The translations under genes and the position numbers were made by a program. A stretch of 64,000 nucleotides of DNA from Octopus sinensis (lineage: Eukaryota), in NCBI RefSeq assembly GCF_006345805.1, contig NC_042997.1:33418001-33482000 (forward strand), read 5' to 3'. Of the stretch, positions 41,036 to 53,169 are shown piece by piece. The first letter of the stretch is position 1. Every line of letters begins with the position of its first letter. Below the pieces are notes generated by a model. The model made no database searches, had not been told where the DNA came from, and was given only the letters and a program-made list of their open reading frames with translations.

Positions 41036-42104
41036 CATTGGATACGGTTGAATCACGCACTTAAGTGACCACTGTCTCACCAGGGAAATTGTTCTTTTTC
41101 CTGAATTCCTTTGTGAACCTCTTCCCAATCCCAAGAAGAAGACCCATCCTGAAAGCAGTGTGGAGCAATTCTTTACACTCTGTGCCACAATTTGAGGCCC
41201 TAGAGTACTGGGAGAAGCCTAATACAAATGATGGCACGACAAGGTCGTTTCAGAAGATACCAAGTAAGCGGAACAGAGTTAAGGCCAAGAAGCAGCAGCC
41301 ATCACCAACCAAAGGTATTAGATTCTTCAAGGAAGGTAATAAGGCTCCTAACAGACTGTTTTTTGTTTTGGTTTTTTTTTTGTTTTTTTGCACCAGACCT
41401 CAGTTTGGAAAATGTATGTGGACCTGAAGAATGGACTCGTCTTTCAGGAAGAGGTGGTACTAATATCACACCGAGTGATATGTTCATGTTATCTATGAGC
41501 ACAGAGTCAATAATCGTTATTGAACTCCCAATGCCTGATAAACAGATTTTAAATTTCTCGTCAACTGAAGAAGTTTGTCGATAAGATTTTTGCTAAGGAT
41601 GCACGCAGCCTTATTCCTCGCACTTTTCCAACAAAATTGCGCGTTATTTTTTGCAGAAATGTTAATTTGGAAACCTAAGAATTGAAAAATACCAAGAGAT
41701 ACTCGTAACAGCTGAAACCAGTGGAATGTGGTTATAGTTAACAGGAGATTATAGTTAACAAGATGGTTATAGTTAACGAGATCGTAGATGGAACCTTTCT
41801 GCGGGAGAGTGCTAATTCAGTTCTCGCTGCTCCAGTTAGGTAAACTGTAGAGCTAAGAAGCGAGGTATTTGTGACTGAGATACTGAAGGGTTTACTCCAT
41901 TAGCATAACTTTCATCACCATCAGGAGAAGAGCTTGCAATAGAGAAGAGATAGTAAAGATAGAAGAGTGCGCATCGTAATTATTAAGATAAAACTTACTT
42001 GGAAAAGGATGCGTGGCGTTCGATCGTATAATAATATAAATATATGCATATATACATACATATATGTACATACCTACATATATATGTATATATGTATATA
42101 TGCA

Positions 42105-42156
<52 letters not shown>

Positions 42157-42289
42157 ATGCATATATTGGTACAGGACATCAAAGAAAACGTTGAACACAA
42201 TGGGAAACGAAAACATAAAATCAAAACATAGAAACGAACTTTTTTCGAACAACGAAAAAAACAGAGAAACGAGACATACAACATAAAGA

Positions 42290-42553
42290 ATAGTGAGAGA
42301 ATGTGTGAGTAAGTAACAGAGAAAAGGAGAGAGGGGTAATTATGTTGGCGGAAGGGGATTCCATTTAAAAGTTTTAATCGATTTTTTTCGGTAACTATAG
42401 GGGCTAGGGGAAAAAAATACAAACTGCATTCCAATCTATGGACCCGTCACCACATGTGTACCATTTTTCACGCGAATCCACCCAACCATTTGGCTGTGAA
42501 CCTCAAGACAAGAAAGAATACAACGCTCGCCCATGTCCAATTTATATTATAGA
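42290..42553 (-). mobile_element. Helitron-like 5' segment
   Basis: Minus strand begins a|tctataatataaaattggacatggg; no 3' end identified. Confidence 0.4.
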
Positions 42554-42571
42554 TAATATAATATAATATGT

Positions 42572-42855
42572 AGAGGCGCAATGGCCCAGTGGTTAGGGCA
42601 GCGGACTAGCGGTCGTAGGATCGCGGTTTCGATTCCCAGACCGGGCGTTGTGAGTGTTTATTGAGGGAAAACACCTAAAAAGCTCCACGAGGCTCGGGCA
42701 GGGGGTGGTGATCCTTGCTGTACTCTTTCACCACACTTTCTTCTGTTGACCTGCTCGCTTAGCCAGCGGGGTGGCGTCATTCAAAGGCTAAAACAATGCG
42801 AACGCATTGTGACCAGCGATGTGTAACATCTGATGGTCTGGTCGGTCACGTGATA
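42572..42855 (+). mobile_element. SINE family C head with alternative tail 3
   Basis: Family-C head and body up to ctctttcaccacactttc, then ttgacctgctcgcttagccagc...ggtcggtcacgtgata. Confidence 0.75.
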
Positions 42856-42880
42856 ATATAATATAATTTTATATATATAA

Positions 42881-43650
42881 TATAATTATATTAAAGAGGG
42901 CGGATAAACCCCACCAACACGCTAGAAATAGACGCCAAATGGCTCTAAAAACCACATCTACACACCGTTAACACAGGTCGTAAGCGAGTAGATAACTAAA
43001 TGAATAAATTTTTTTTAAAGGGTCAATTGTAGATTGATTTCTGGCTTACGGATGTAAAACTCCTTGCTGTCATCAGCACAATATGCTCATAGTGTATAAA
43101 TGCAAATATTTATACATACGCATATGAACAACATATATCTGCACGATCGTATACATACATATACATGTATACAATAGTTCAATCTAAATATATTCATCTC
43201 AACGACGTGCTTTTACGATCAAAATGATATCGCATTGAATGTTATTTCATCAGTAGTAAAAATATATATTTATACAAAATTAAGGATAAAATCATTTTAA
43301 TGGTTTTATCAAGTGGCCAACGTGTTATAAAAACCTTACAGGTAACAACTTATATTGCTATATATAATTATATGATATAATTATATTAAAGGGTGCGGAT
43401 AAACTCCACCAACAAGCTAGAAATAGATGTCAAATGGCTCTAAAAGCCACATCTACACTGTTAGAAAAGATTGTAAGCGAGCAGAAAACGATCTACAATT
43501 AATCCTTTTTTTAATTAATCTTATTCATTTAATCATCTGCTCGCTTACAAGCTGTGCTAATGGAGTGTCAATGTGGTTTTTAGAGATATTTGGCGTCTAT
43601 TTCTAACGTGTTGGTGGAGTTTATCCCCACCTTTTAACATAATTATATTA
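42881..43650 (-). mobile_element. Retrozyme/pLTR-like element: about 130-bp direct repeats (period about 495 bp), an inverted copy, and an internal hammerhead
   Basis: Direct repeats at about 42881-43015 and 43376-43500; inverted copy at about 43505-43650; TA-rich flanks. Confidence 0.65.
43026..43082 (-). ncRNA. Type-I hammerhead motif eroded by CpG-type transitions
   Basis: Minus strand: ATTGTG-CTGATGA-CAGC(20 nt)GCCA-GAAA-TCAA-TC-TACAAT. Reverting three CA to CG gives stem II CGGC/GCCG and the palindrome ATCGAT. Confidence 0.65.
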
Positions 43651-43664
43651 TATAATTTTTTTTT

Positions 43665-45900
43665 CATTTTTCAGCTCAGAGCTGCGGCCATGCTGATGCA
43701 CCGCCGTTTTGTGCTACACTGTTATTACTAAGAGCTTCCTCTAATATGTGGCACTTGGTGAAGAATGGAGTTTGATATAGCTACCCTCATTTGCACCTCT
43801 TGCCGTGAGGTAGGTTCATCTGGGACTCTCGACAGGAAGATGTCCAGCTTTGATTTAAAAACCGCTACATCTACTTTGTGCAGGTTCCTCAGACTCTTTG
43901 GGAGAATATTAAAAAGCTGTGGGCCCTTGAAACCCAGGCTGTTGCAGAAGCTGGTCCTGAAGCGTGATGACATTGCTGGGATCTTTGGCACTATGCAGTG
44001 TCGTCCTGTTCTAGCATTGGTGTAGCTTACAATGCCAAAATTTGGCACAATTCCTTCCATGATGTTCCAGATATATATTACTACATACCTCTCCCGTCTT
44101 CTCTCTAGGGAGTAGAGTCTTAGCTGTTTCAACCTTTCCCAGTAGCTGAACTGTTGCAAAGGACGATCTTCTTTGTGAATCTTCTCTGGATTGATTCAAG
44201 GTCTGCTGTTAATTTCACACTGGTGGGTGACCATAGCTGTGAGCAGTAATCCAGGCGGCTGAGGACGAATGTCTGCCAGAGGACCATCATGGTTTCCTTA
44301 TCTCTGGTTATGAATGTTCTTAGGATCCATCCAGCCAGTCGTCTGCACTTTGTCGCTATCCTGGTAATGTGCACTTGGAAAGAGGTATCAGACTTAGGCT
44401 CTGGGATTGAAATTCCCTGTGGACCGGTGTACCCTGTAAGTTTAATATTCAGTTTTGGATGCTGGTAACGCAGGGCCTGGAATTTTTCAGCATTAAACTG
44501 CATATTATTATCCTCAGCCCAACTCCTGCTGCAGGTGTGCAACATCGCTGGGGTTCTGTATCTTCTGCGAGACTTTCGTATCATCTGCATAGCTTGCCAG
44601 AGTGGCTATCCGGGCATTTGAGGGCATATCTGAGAGAGCCACTATAAAAAGCAGTGGTCCCAAGACAGTGTTCTGTGGAACACTGCTCACTATTTGTGTG
44701 TTCATAGAGTTGGCTCCATTAACCACTACTGCCTGACTCCTGTCTTTCAGGAAGTCATGTAACCACACTCCAAGTTTTCCAGCTATGCCATGGTCACGCA
44801 GTTTGTGGCATATCATACCATGATCCACCTTGTCAAAAGCTTTTGCAAAATCAAGGTATATTACGTCCACATTTGATTTGTTGAGTAACTTCCTCAACAC
44901 CCAGTCATAATGTTGTAAGAGCTGGGTCAGGCAGCTCCTACCTGGTCGAAAACCATGCTGGGTATCACTCAGCAAGTTATTTTCCTCAAGGAATGCGATT
45001 AGTTTCTTTCTGACTATCCGTTCCATGACTTTGCAGATGTGTGAAGTCAGAGAGATAGGCCTATAGTTTTTGGCATCTGCTCTACTTCCCCCTTTATGTA
45101 TTGGGCATATTATTCCCTCCTTCAGCTTGCTTGGCAGTTTGCCATTTGTAAGAAAGCTCTGGAAGAGAATCTTCAGGGGTTTTGCCAGGGCATGCTTACA
45201 CGCTTTGAGGAGGATGGCTGGGAAACCATCAGGACCAGCAGTTGAGTTTGTGTCCACTTCATCTATGGCTAGTAGTACATCTTCTTCGCTAATGTCAATG
45301 TATTCTATTGTAACTGCCTCGCTGGTTATAGGTGAGGCGGCAAAGAAGTCCACTGGTTCGTTCACTTGTCTGTGTTCCAACGGGGTGGTAAAGACACTTT
45401 TAAGTATCTCACTGATCTTAGTTGGACTGTCTGTGGGGGAACCATCCTTTTGGAGGAGGGGTCCTATCTTGTAGTGTACTGAGACTGTTTCTTTCGCGTA
45501 ATGAAAGAAGGCCTCTGGGTTTGATTTAATGTTTTTTATAACTCATGCTTCTTTGTCTGCTTTCTCCCTCGCATAGGATTGTTGTAGCCTTTTTCCGATC
45601 TCCATCAGTGTTGTTTTTAGGCGGGACGTTTCGCTACTCTTGGGATGTTGGTTGAGACGATTTGCAGCCTTTGTCCGTCGTCTCATGAGGATCTTCCTGT
45701 CTCTTGGAATCTTGCTCCTATTTGTTTTGGCCTTGTGCTCTGGGATATATTTCTGGCATACGGCTTGCACAGAAGACATGAAGCATTCTAGTTTCATGTC
45801 AATGTCTGGTGTAGAGAGAAATTTCGGCCAGTCCTCTCTGAGGATCTCTTTTTGGATTGATTTCCAATCAGCTTTGTGGAAGTTCAGATTAGTATAAATT
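43665..45900 (-). mobile_element. 5'-truncated CR1-like LINE (RT domain, several frameshifts)
   Basis: GPDGFPAILLK, YRPISLTSHICKVMERI, QHGFRPGRSCLTQLL, VDVIYLDFAKAFDKVDHG, VPQNTVLGPLLF, YADDT, LDYCSQLWSP and LYSLERRRER; short 3'UTR. Confidence 0.9.
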
Positions 45901-46011
45901 GTTACTTGTATGGTTTTATCACTCGCTAGCGACTTGATAAAATCATCAAAATATTTCTATCCTTAATTTTGTATCTATATATATATATATTTATATATAC
46001 ATACATATATA

Positions 46012-46083
<72 letters not shown>

Positions 46084-46098
46084 CATACATATAAACAC

Positions 46099-46136
<38 letters not shown>

Positions 46137-46137
46137 T

Positions 46138-46165
46138 TAGATAGATAGATAGATAGATAGATATT

Positions 46166-46255
<90 letters not shown>
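46138..46255. repeat. (GATA)n microsatellite within a TA/GA/TG compound tract (45975-46870)
   Basis: Directly visible. Confidence 0.9.
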
Positions 46256-46366
46256 TACAAGTACATTTCTATATCATTTTTCATGTTTATTTATGCATAT
46301 CTGAATGTCTAAATAAATCTATGTGGCAATATCCTCCACGATTCGTTGGGTATGTATGTATACATG

Positions 46367-46461
<95 letters not shown>

Positions 46462-46514
46462 GTATGTATATACATATATACATATATATATATGTATATA
46501 TATATATGTGTGTG

Positions 46515-46557
<43 letters not shown>

Positions 46558-46824
46558 TACATATATATATGTATATATATGTGTGTGTGTCTGTGTGTTA
46601 TATTTATTTATATCTATAAATATGTGTGTTTGTGTGTGTGTATATATATATACATACGTAAGAGAGCGCAACAACAATATAGTATATACATACGTATGTA
46701 TGTATGTATGTATGTATGTATGTATATATGTATGTATATATATGTATGTATGTATGTATATATGTACGTATGTATGTATGTGTGCGTACGTATGTATGTA
46801 TGACTGTATCTATATATGCATGCA

Positions 46825-46858
<34 letters not shown>

Positions 46859-47159
46859 ACACACACACACATACACACTCATACATGTGAACATACTGAA
46901 ATCTGGTAGCTTTGCAGTTAGATTCTTTTAGTTTCTTGGCAAAAAACCAAAAAAAAATATGTTGTTGTTAGTATTGTTGTTGTTGTTAAAAATAAATAGA
47001 TAAAGGTGCAAAGTAACATCCTGTCGTTCAGACTCTTTTACAACGAGAATCTGGTAGCCAAAGCACCAGTTCTAAGTCTGAACAGGTGGGAAGACAGGTG
47101 TGCGAAGGGCGGAGGGGTTAATTATAGGTTTTAATGGGAGTCTAAGAGTGATGTGAATG

Positions 47160-47790
47160 TTCTCGTACATCTGTTTGTATGTGTGTGTGTGGTGTGTGTG
47201 TGTGTGTGTGTGGATGTGTGTGTATGTATGCATGTATGTATGTATGTATGTATGTATGTATGTATGTATGTATGTATCTATGTATGTATGTATGTATGTA
47301 TGTATGTTTGTATGTATCTGTGTATGTATGTATGTTTGTATGTATGTATGTATGTATGTATGTATGTATGTATGTATGTATGTATGTATGAATGTATGTA
47401 TGTATGAATGTATGTATGTATGTATGTATGTAAGTATGTGTGTATGTATGTATGAATGTATGTATATATGTATGCATGTATATATGTATATATGTATGTA
47501 TGTATGTATGTAAGTATGTGTGTATGTATGTATGTATGTATGTATGTATGTATGTATCTATGTATGTATGTATGTATGTATGTATGTATGTATGTATGTA
47601 TGTATGTATATATGTATGTATGTATGTATGTTTGTATGTATCTGTGTATGTATGTATGTTTGTATGTATGTATGTATGTATGTATGTATGTATGTATGTA
47701 TGTATGTATGAATGTATGTATGTATGAATGTATGTATGTATGTATGTAAGTATGTATGTATGTATGTATGTATGCATGTATGTATGTATG

Positions 47791-47824
<34 letters not shown>

Positions 47825-48110
47825 TACATATGTGTATGTATGTATGTATTTGTGTTTGCATGTATGTATGTATATATTTGTATATGCATGCGTGTGTGCA
47901 TATATATATGTATATATGTATGTGTGTATGTATATATTTGTGTGTACATGTATGTATGTAAATTTGTATGTATGTATGCATGTATCTTTGTTTGTATGCA
48001 TGTATTTATGTAAAGTGTGCTTGTGTATAAAAATACTTGTATGCGCATTTGTGTGTGCGTATGCATGTGTGTGTTTAAATATTTGTATGTGTTGATATGT
48101 GTGTATCGTA
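47160..48110. repeat. (TATG)n array with an internal duplication of variant units
   Basis: The block gtatctatg...gtttgtatgtatctgtgtatg...gaatgtatg occurs twice (about 47270-47420 and 47550-47740). Confidence 0.85.
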
Positions 48111-48448
48111 ATTGTGAAAGAGGCACACATATAGATATATTATAGTCATGTGTCTCTATGCATATGTATATATGTATGTTAACGATGGCAAGAATGTATA
48201 TCTAGAAATTTTGTTTTAAAATGTACGTATGTGTGTGTATGTGTACGTGTATGTGTGTTTGTGAGTGTGTGTGTGTGTCTGTGTGTGCTGGATATTGATG
48301 AAATAGATATACCTATAAATTTATTTGTGCTTGTATGTCTCTGTGTATGTGTGTGTGTATACCAATTATCAATGAAAATGATATGCATATATGTGTGTGA
48401 TTGAGAGAGAAAATAATTGCATACCTACGCTCACACATATATGATTAT

Positions 48449-49712
48449 ATTGGGTTGTCCGGAAAGTTCATGCCGATTTTTTAAAGGAAAGAAAAAGGTC
48501 AATAAATATTTGTCATTACATTTTTAATCAACCAACTATGAATCATTTTTTGTTTCCCAATGCGTCTCCATCTTTCCTTTAACTTGAAAATAGCCTCTTC
48601 CCAGAATTGAGGTGGTTTCATGACAAAGTATTCATCAAGGTATCTTTTTACGTCATCCAAGGAATTGAAATTTTTACCATTAAGACTATTCTGCAGAGAC
48701 TTGAATAAGTGGAAATCCGGAGGAGCAATATCTGGTGAATATGGAGGGTGGGGTAACACATCCCATCCGGGCTGCAGCAATTTTTGTCTGGTTCCCAAAG
48801 AAACGTGCGGTCTTGCATTATCATGTTGGAAAACAACACCCTTCCTGTTGGCCAATTCTGAACGTTTCTCTTGAATTGCTGCTTTTAATTCGCTCAGTTG
48901 TATGCAGTATTTCTCAGAATTAATTGTCTGATTATTTGGGAGAAGCTCATAGTACAGAATTCCTTTCCAATCCCACCAGACACAAAGCAAGACTTTTTTA
49001 GGGTGAAGACCCGCTTTGGGGGTGGCTAAGGATGGCTCATGTCGCTTACTCCAGGATCGCTTTCTCTGAACATTTCGGTAGATAATCCATTTCTCATCAC
49101 CTGTCACAATTTGCTTTAAAAAAGGCGCATTTTCATTCCGTTTATAAAGCGAATCACAGATGGAAATGCGATCTAAAAGATTCTTCAGACTCATCTCATG
49201 TGGTACCCAAACATCGTAGCGATTTGTGTACCTAAGCTTTACCAGGTGCACATGACCGACGGATTCTGATAGGTTGAGGATTTCTGCCAATTCTCGGGTT
49301 GTGCAATGTGGGTTATTCTCAATTAGTGACTTGATTTGGTCATCATCTGTAGTGGATGGTCTGCCTGATCGCTCTTTATCAATAAGGCTACAATCTCCAG
49401 CTCGGAACCTTGCAAACCACTTCCGTACAGTTCTTTCGGATAAAGACACATCACCATAAACTGCGCATATTTCTTTGGTTGCTTGTGAGACATTTTTCCC
49501 TTTACAGAAAAAGAAAAGCATCAAGTGCCGAAAATGAACTTTCTTATCTTCCATTTTAAAGGGTTACAGAATTAACACACCTTATAGGAACATAAACCTT
49601 CTTTCACGAAAAGATAGCTTAATCTGTGCTCTAAATGGATGTGTAGACAAATCTTATTTTATGGACTCAACCATGTTCTGAAATAAGTCGAAAGGTACGC
49701 TACTATAAATCC
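48449..49712 (-). mobile_element. Near-complete mariner (DD34D) transposon; one TIR intact, the other truncated
   Basis: TIR tattgggttgtccggaaagttcatgccgatttt at 48449. At the other end only taaatc remains before unrelated sequence. Confidence 0.88.
48499..49554 (-). CDS. Mariner transposase, 351 aa; probable 1-nt insertion near the C-terminus
   Basis: WVPHE, VTGDEKW, QHDNARPH and HPPYSPDIAPPDFHLF; D-(34)-D spacing counted by hand. Confidence 0.85.
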   Translation of the reverse strand: MEDKKVHFRHLMLFFFCKGKNVSQATKEICAVYGDVSLSERTVRKWFARFRAGDCSLIDKERSGRPSTTDDDQIKSLIENNPHCTTRELAEILNLSESVGHVHLVKLRYTNRYDVWVPHEMSLKNLLDRISICDSLYKRNENAPFLKQIVTGDEKWIIYRNVQRKRSWSKRHEPSLATPKAGLHPKKVLLCVWWDWKGILYYELLPNNQTINSEKYCIQLSELKAAIQEKRSELANRKGVVFQHDNARPHVSLGTRQKLLQPGWDVLPHPPYSPDIAPPDFHLFKSLQNSLNGKNFNSLDDVKRYLDEYFVMKPPQFWEEAIFKLKERWRRIGKQKMIHSWLIKNVMTNIY

Positions 49713-49943
49713 GCCGGTGCCCGCAAACAGCTATTTGGAGCCAGAGGTGAGGGTTAGGTATCAGGTGGAGATCAAAGCAGACGAACTGCCCCTACAAGTG
49801 CGACTTCATCAAAGGTGCTACTCTCCTTGACATTCCATACACCCATATGTACGTATGTATGTATGTATGTATGTATGTATGTATGTATGTATGTATGTAT
49901 GTATGTATGTATGTATAAAGCGAGACAGATAAAGCGAGAAAGC

Positions 49944-50254
49944 GAGACAGATGAGTGACAACCTAGCCACTGGTGGTGGTGTTAGACACCATACTAATCG
50001 TATCTGTCGGGCATGTGGAAGAGAGTGTAATTCGGCAGGAGGACTTAAACGACAGGCAAAGGTACATAAAGCCCAGTTACAACTACAGCCGGCTATTACC
50101 GGTAAAGGTTTTAGCTGCTAATTCTGTACAAGACATTGTAGATATTTAGCTGGGCTAAAAAGTCACATTCGATCACAGCACCAGTAACAGTTAAGCTTCG
50201 TGCAATGGCCATACTCGATAACGAGGGGGCAGCCATCATGTATGAATGTATGTA
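49944..50254 (+). mobile_element. 3' fragment of the same RTE family as 5141-6984 (fingers 2-3, 3'UTR, TATG tail)
   Basis: ICRACGRECNSAGGLKRQAKVH...SC*FCTRHCRYLAGLKSHIRSQHQ*; 3'UTR cgtgcaatggccatactcgataacgagggggcagccat. Confidence 0.88.
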
Positions 50255-50439
50255 AGACTAATTCTATGATAGCCGAACATAAGATCAGCTGAGAGAAAGT
50301 TTGGTAGGAAAAACAAAACTTAACAGTTAAAGAAATTGCAAGTAAGTCACTCCAATGAACTTCATGAACGCTATGAAGATCACCCGCGTATTAAAGATTG
50401 AAATGTAATCTGCAAAGAAATTGGAATTCCTATATGCCA

Positions 50440-50572
50440 GATTGTGCGCACCAAAGCTAACGGAACCTGGAATATTCTAACACTGCACCAGAGTGGAAAC
50501 ATGGTGCAAATGCTGAGAAAGTTCGATAGCTACCAGATGGACATCCCTAAGCCTCGGTGATATGAGTATGAA
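50440..50572 (+). mobile_element. LINE AP-endonuclease N-terminal fragment (RTE-like)
   Basis: GTWNILTLHQSGNMVQMLRKFDSYQMDI resembles the start of a LINE APE domain. Confidence 0.55.
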
Positions 50573-50577
50573 GTGGA

Positions 50578-50820
50578 AGGCGGCGAGCTGGCAGAAACGT
50601 TAGCACTCCGGGCGAAATGCGTTGCCGTATTTCGTCTGCCGTTACGTTCTGAGTTCAAATTCCGCCGAGGTCGACTTTGCCTTTCATCCTTTCGGAGTCG
50701 ATAAATTAAGTACCAGTTACGCACCAGTGCGTAACTGGTACTTAATGTAATCGACTTAATCCGTTTGTCTGTCCTTGTTTGTCCCCTCTATGTTTAGCCC
50801 CTTGTGGGCAGCAAAGAAAT
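50578..50820 (+). mobile_element. SINE family B, full-length
   Basis: ggcggcgagctggcagaaacgttagc...gagttcaaattccgccgagg...gcctttcatcctttcggagtcgataaattaagtaccag...cccttgtgggcagcaaagaaat. Confidence 0.88.
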
Positions 50821-51003
50821 ATATATGTGTGTGTGTGTGTGCATGCATGTGTGTGTGTGTGTGTGTGTGCATGCATGTGTGTGTGTGTGTACACATACAT
50901 ACAGCTTTGAACATTGAGTAAATACACTTTAAAGATGGGAAGATACATACAAACACTCATACACACACACACACACATACATACATACATGTGTGTGTGT
51001 GTG

Positions 51004-51146
51004 TACGTCACTAAAGCGACTAAGGACGCTAGGCAGCACCAGTATTGCTAGAAATAAGAGTAAAAACAACTCGTAGCCACGAGTTGTTTTGACTCATTTC
51101 TAGCAATACTTGTGCTGACTAGAACTTTAGTTACTTTAATGACGTA
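51004..51146. repeat. About 140-bp palindrome built from two inverted copies of the ttgctagaaataagag-containing end
   Basis: gtcactaaag...gctagaaataagagtaaaaacaactcgt | acgagttgttttgactcatttctagc...ctttaatgac. Confidence 0.75.
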
Positions 51147-51241
51147 TATATTTTTGCTTTTTGGTTGAAAAATTGCTAACAAGCCGCCCTTATTATATGT
51201 ATATATATATATATTTGAAAAAATTTGGAGTCAACGAGGAA

Positions 51242-51575
51242 TACGGTTGGATATTTATTTTCAATCACTACAGTTGTTTCTATGCGTGCTGGTACTTGAT
51301 TATGCAACCGTTTCCCTGCATTATGAGATCTAGTTGTGTTTCGTCAGGCGATATGTAAATATTATCTCCGTGAGTTCAAATACACGGTTTCAAGGGCATC
51401 CTCTCAGTCTGTTGTGGCCTGGAGTTAGTAGTAGCCACTGAGTTTATCAATAGATGTTTTGTTGCTGAAGGTGACAAAATGCAAGGAAGCGGCTGTATAA
51501 TCAATTACTTGCACGCCTGGAGAACTACGTTGCGTAAAAACAATTGTAGTGATTGAAAATAAATGTCCAGCCGTA
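51242..51575. mobile_element. Tc1/mariner-type MITE with about 40-bp TIRs
   Basis: tacggttggatatttattttcaatcactac versus gtagtgattgaaaataaatgtccagccgta. Confidence 0.7.
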
Positions 51576-51892
51576 CTCCTTCTTGTTGAATCCAAATTAT
51601 TAAAATTTTTTCAATTATCTATTCACAGACAACAGAAGCCCAAACGCAAACCTGGAAATACGTATAATACTACTACTGGAGAGCACAGAGTGAAATCAGA
51701 AGGTGGTCATGCTTTATTCTGTGCTCTAACGATCGTACTGCTTTACCTCTGGATATCCTTGTCGCTCATTTTTATTATAATCACCTTATTTTAAATTATA
51801 TGGTTAATACTATACTAAATTCTGGTGTCTTCAACTTACGCACCATATTCATCTGAATCTAAATTTTACATTATACTTATATATATATATAT

Positions 51893-52206
51893 ATAATAGA
51901 AATATTAAAATTACTAAGTCTCTCTAAAGGATATTACGGCAGCGTTACTGGATATTAATAGTTATCGCCATACTAATATGGTAGCGGGTCTGACTACGCT
52001 GCATTGATAAAGGGCAACAACCCTGAAACATGTCTTCAGATGTCTGACTAGCAAGGTGAAGCGGCTGACCTCCCCTGATCGAAGGTTTGTAATGGACGCA
52101 GGTTCGTGTGTCAAATAGCTAGCTAGAGGCGATGGCCTCTTGGAGCTAATCAGCGACAGCTTTAGTCTTATATTTATAGACTACCGTATTAGTATGGCGA
52201 TAACTA

Positions 52207-52212
<6 letters not shown>
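51893..52212 (+). mobile_element. (TA)n-embedded Penelope-type pLTR fragment with inverted terminal segment and degenerate hammerhead
   Basis: Inverted repeat atattaatagttatcgccatactaatatggtag / ctaccgtattagtatggcgataactattaatat. Hammerhead-like at 51999-52039: CTGCA-TTGATAA-AGGG(CAACAA)CCCT-GAAA-CATG-TC-TTCAG. Confidence 0.65.
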
Positions 52213-52256
<44 letters not shown>

Positions 52257-52498
52257 GTATGTATGAGTGTATGATGTTTTTTGGTAGGTATCGGTATGTT
52301 TTTGATTGGGAAGTGTATTGGATGTTGCTGCATTTTTTAATCTTAGCAATACAACCATTTTGTCCAGTTCGTGATTGATTTAAATAGATACTGAATATAA
52401 GTTCTCTTCATGGGTAAAGGAATGAAGGGGTTACTTGTCCTTAATGAGTGGTTAACGAACCGTGAGACCATGTGTTGCACACGCACACACATAGATGC

Positions 52499-52531
<33 letters not shown>

Positions 52532-52536
52532 TATCT

Positions 52537-52607
<71 letters not shown>

Positions 52608-53169
52608 TACCATCATTGTTACAGAAATAACAATAACACTGCCTGCACTGCAGATGCAACATGCATGCAGATTTACACTATCAAATGTTTACAGACTGCG
52701 CTGTTTGCTGCTGATATTCAGTGGCAAACACCTGCAAATATTCAAACTATAATTTGCTGCTTTTGCATCTTTCCGATTTCGGCCACTTCATGTAACGATA
52801 ACAATAACTCGTGTATTAAGATCGAGAGTATCCAATCAGATAACAAATGCCGCGAAACTTCAAGCAGGCTAATGCGTGTGCGTGTTTTGTGTTAATGTGC
52901 TCTTGTGTCCGTGTGTGTTTATCTATATGTGTGTGTGTGTGTGTAAAAGTATGTTTGAAGAAAGTTATGGTGTATGACATGCGTCTATAAATAAGTAAAT
53001 ATAGACATGAAACTGACAAGCGCACACCTGCAAACGCACCTGTATATACTAGAATATATATATCCATATACTTGTACATATATTTATGCAAATACACTCA
53101 CACACACATACACACATGTATATTTGTGTATAATATACACACATCCTCAATTTTGTATTTATACATACA

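Noticed and set aside
51300-51352. CTGACGA...GAAAC on the minus strand
   Set aside because: No stem II or stem I complementarity, and it lies inside a mariner-type MITE.
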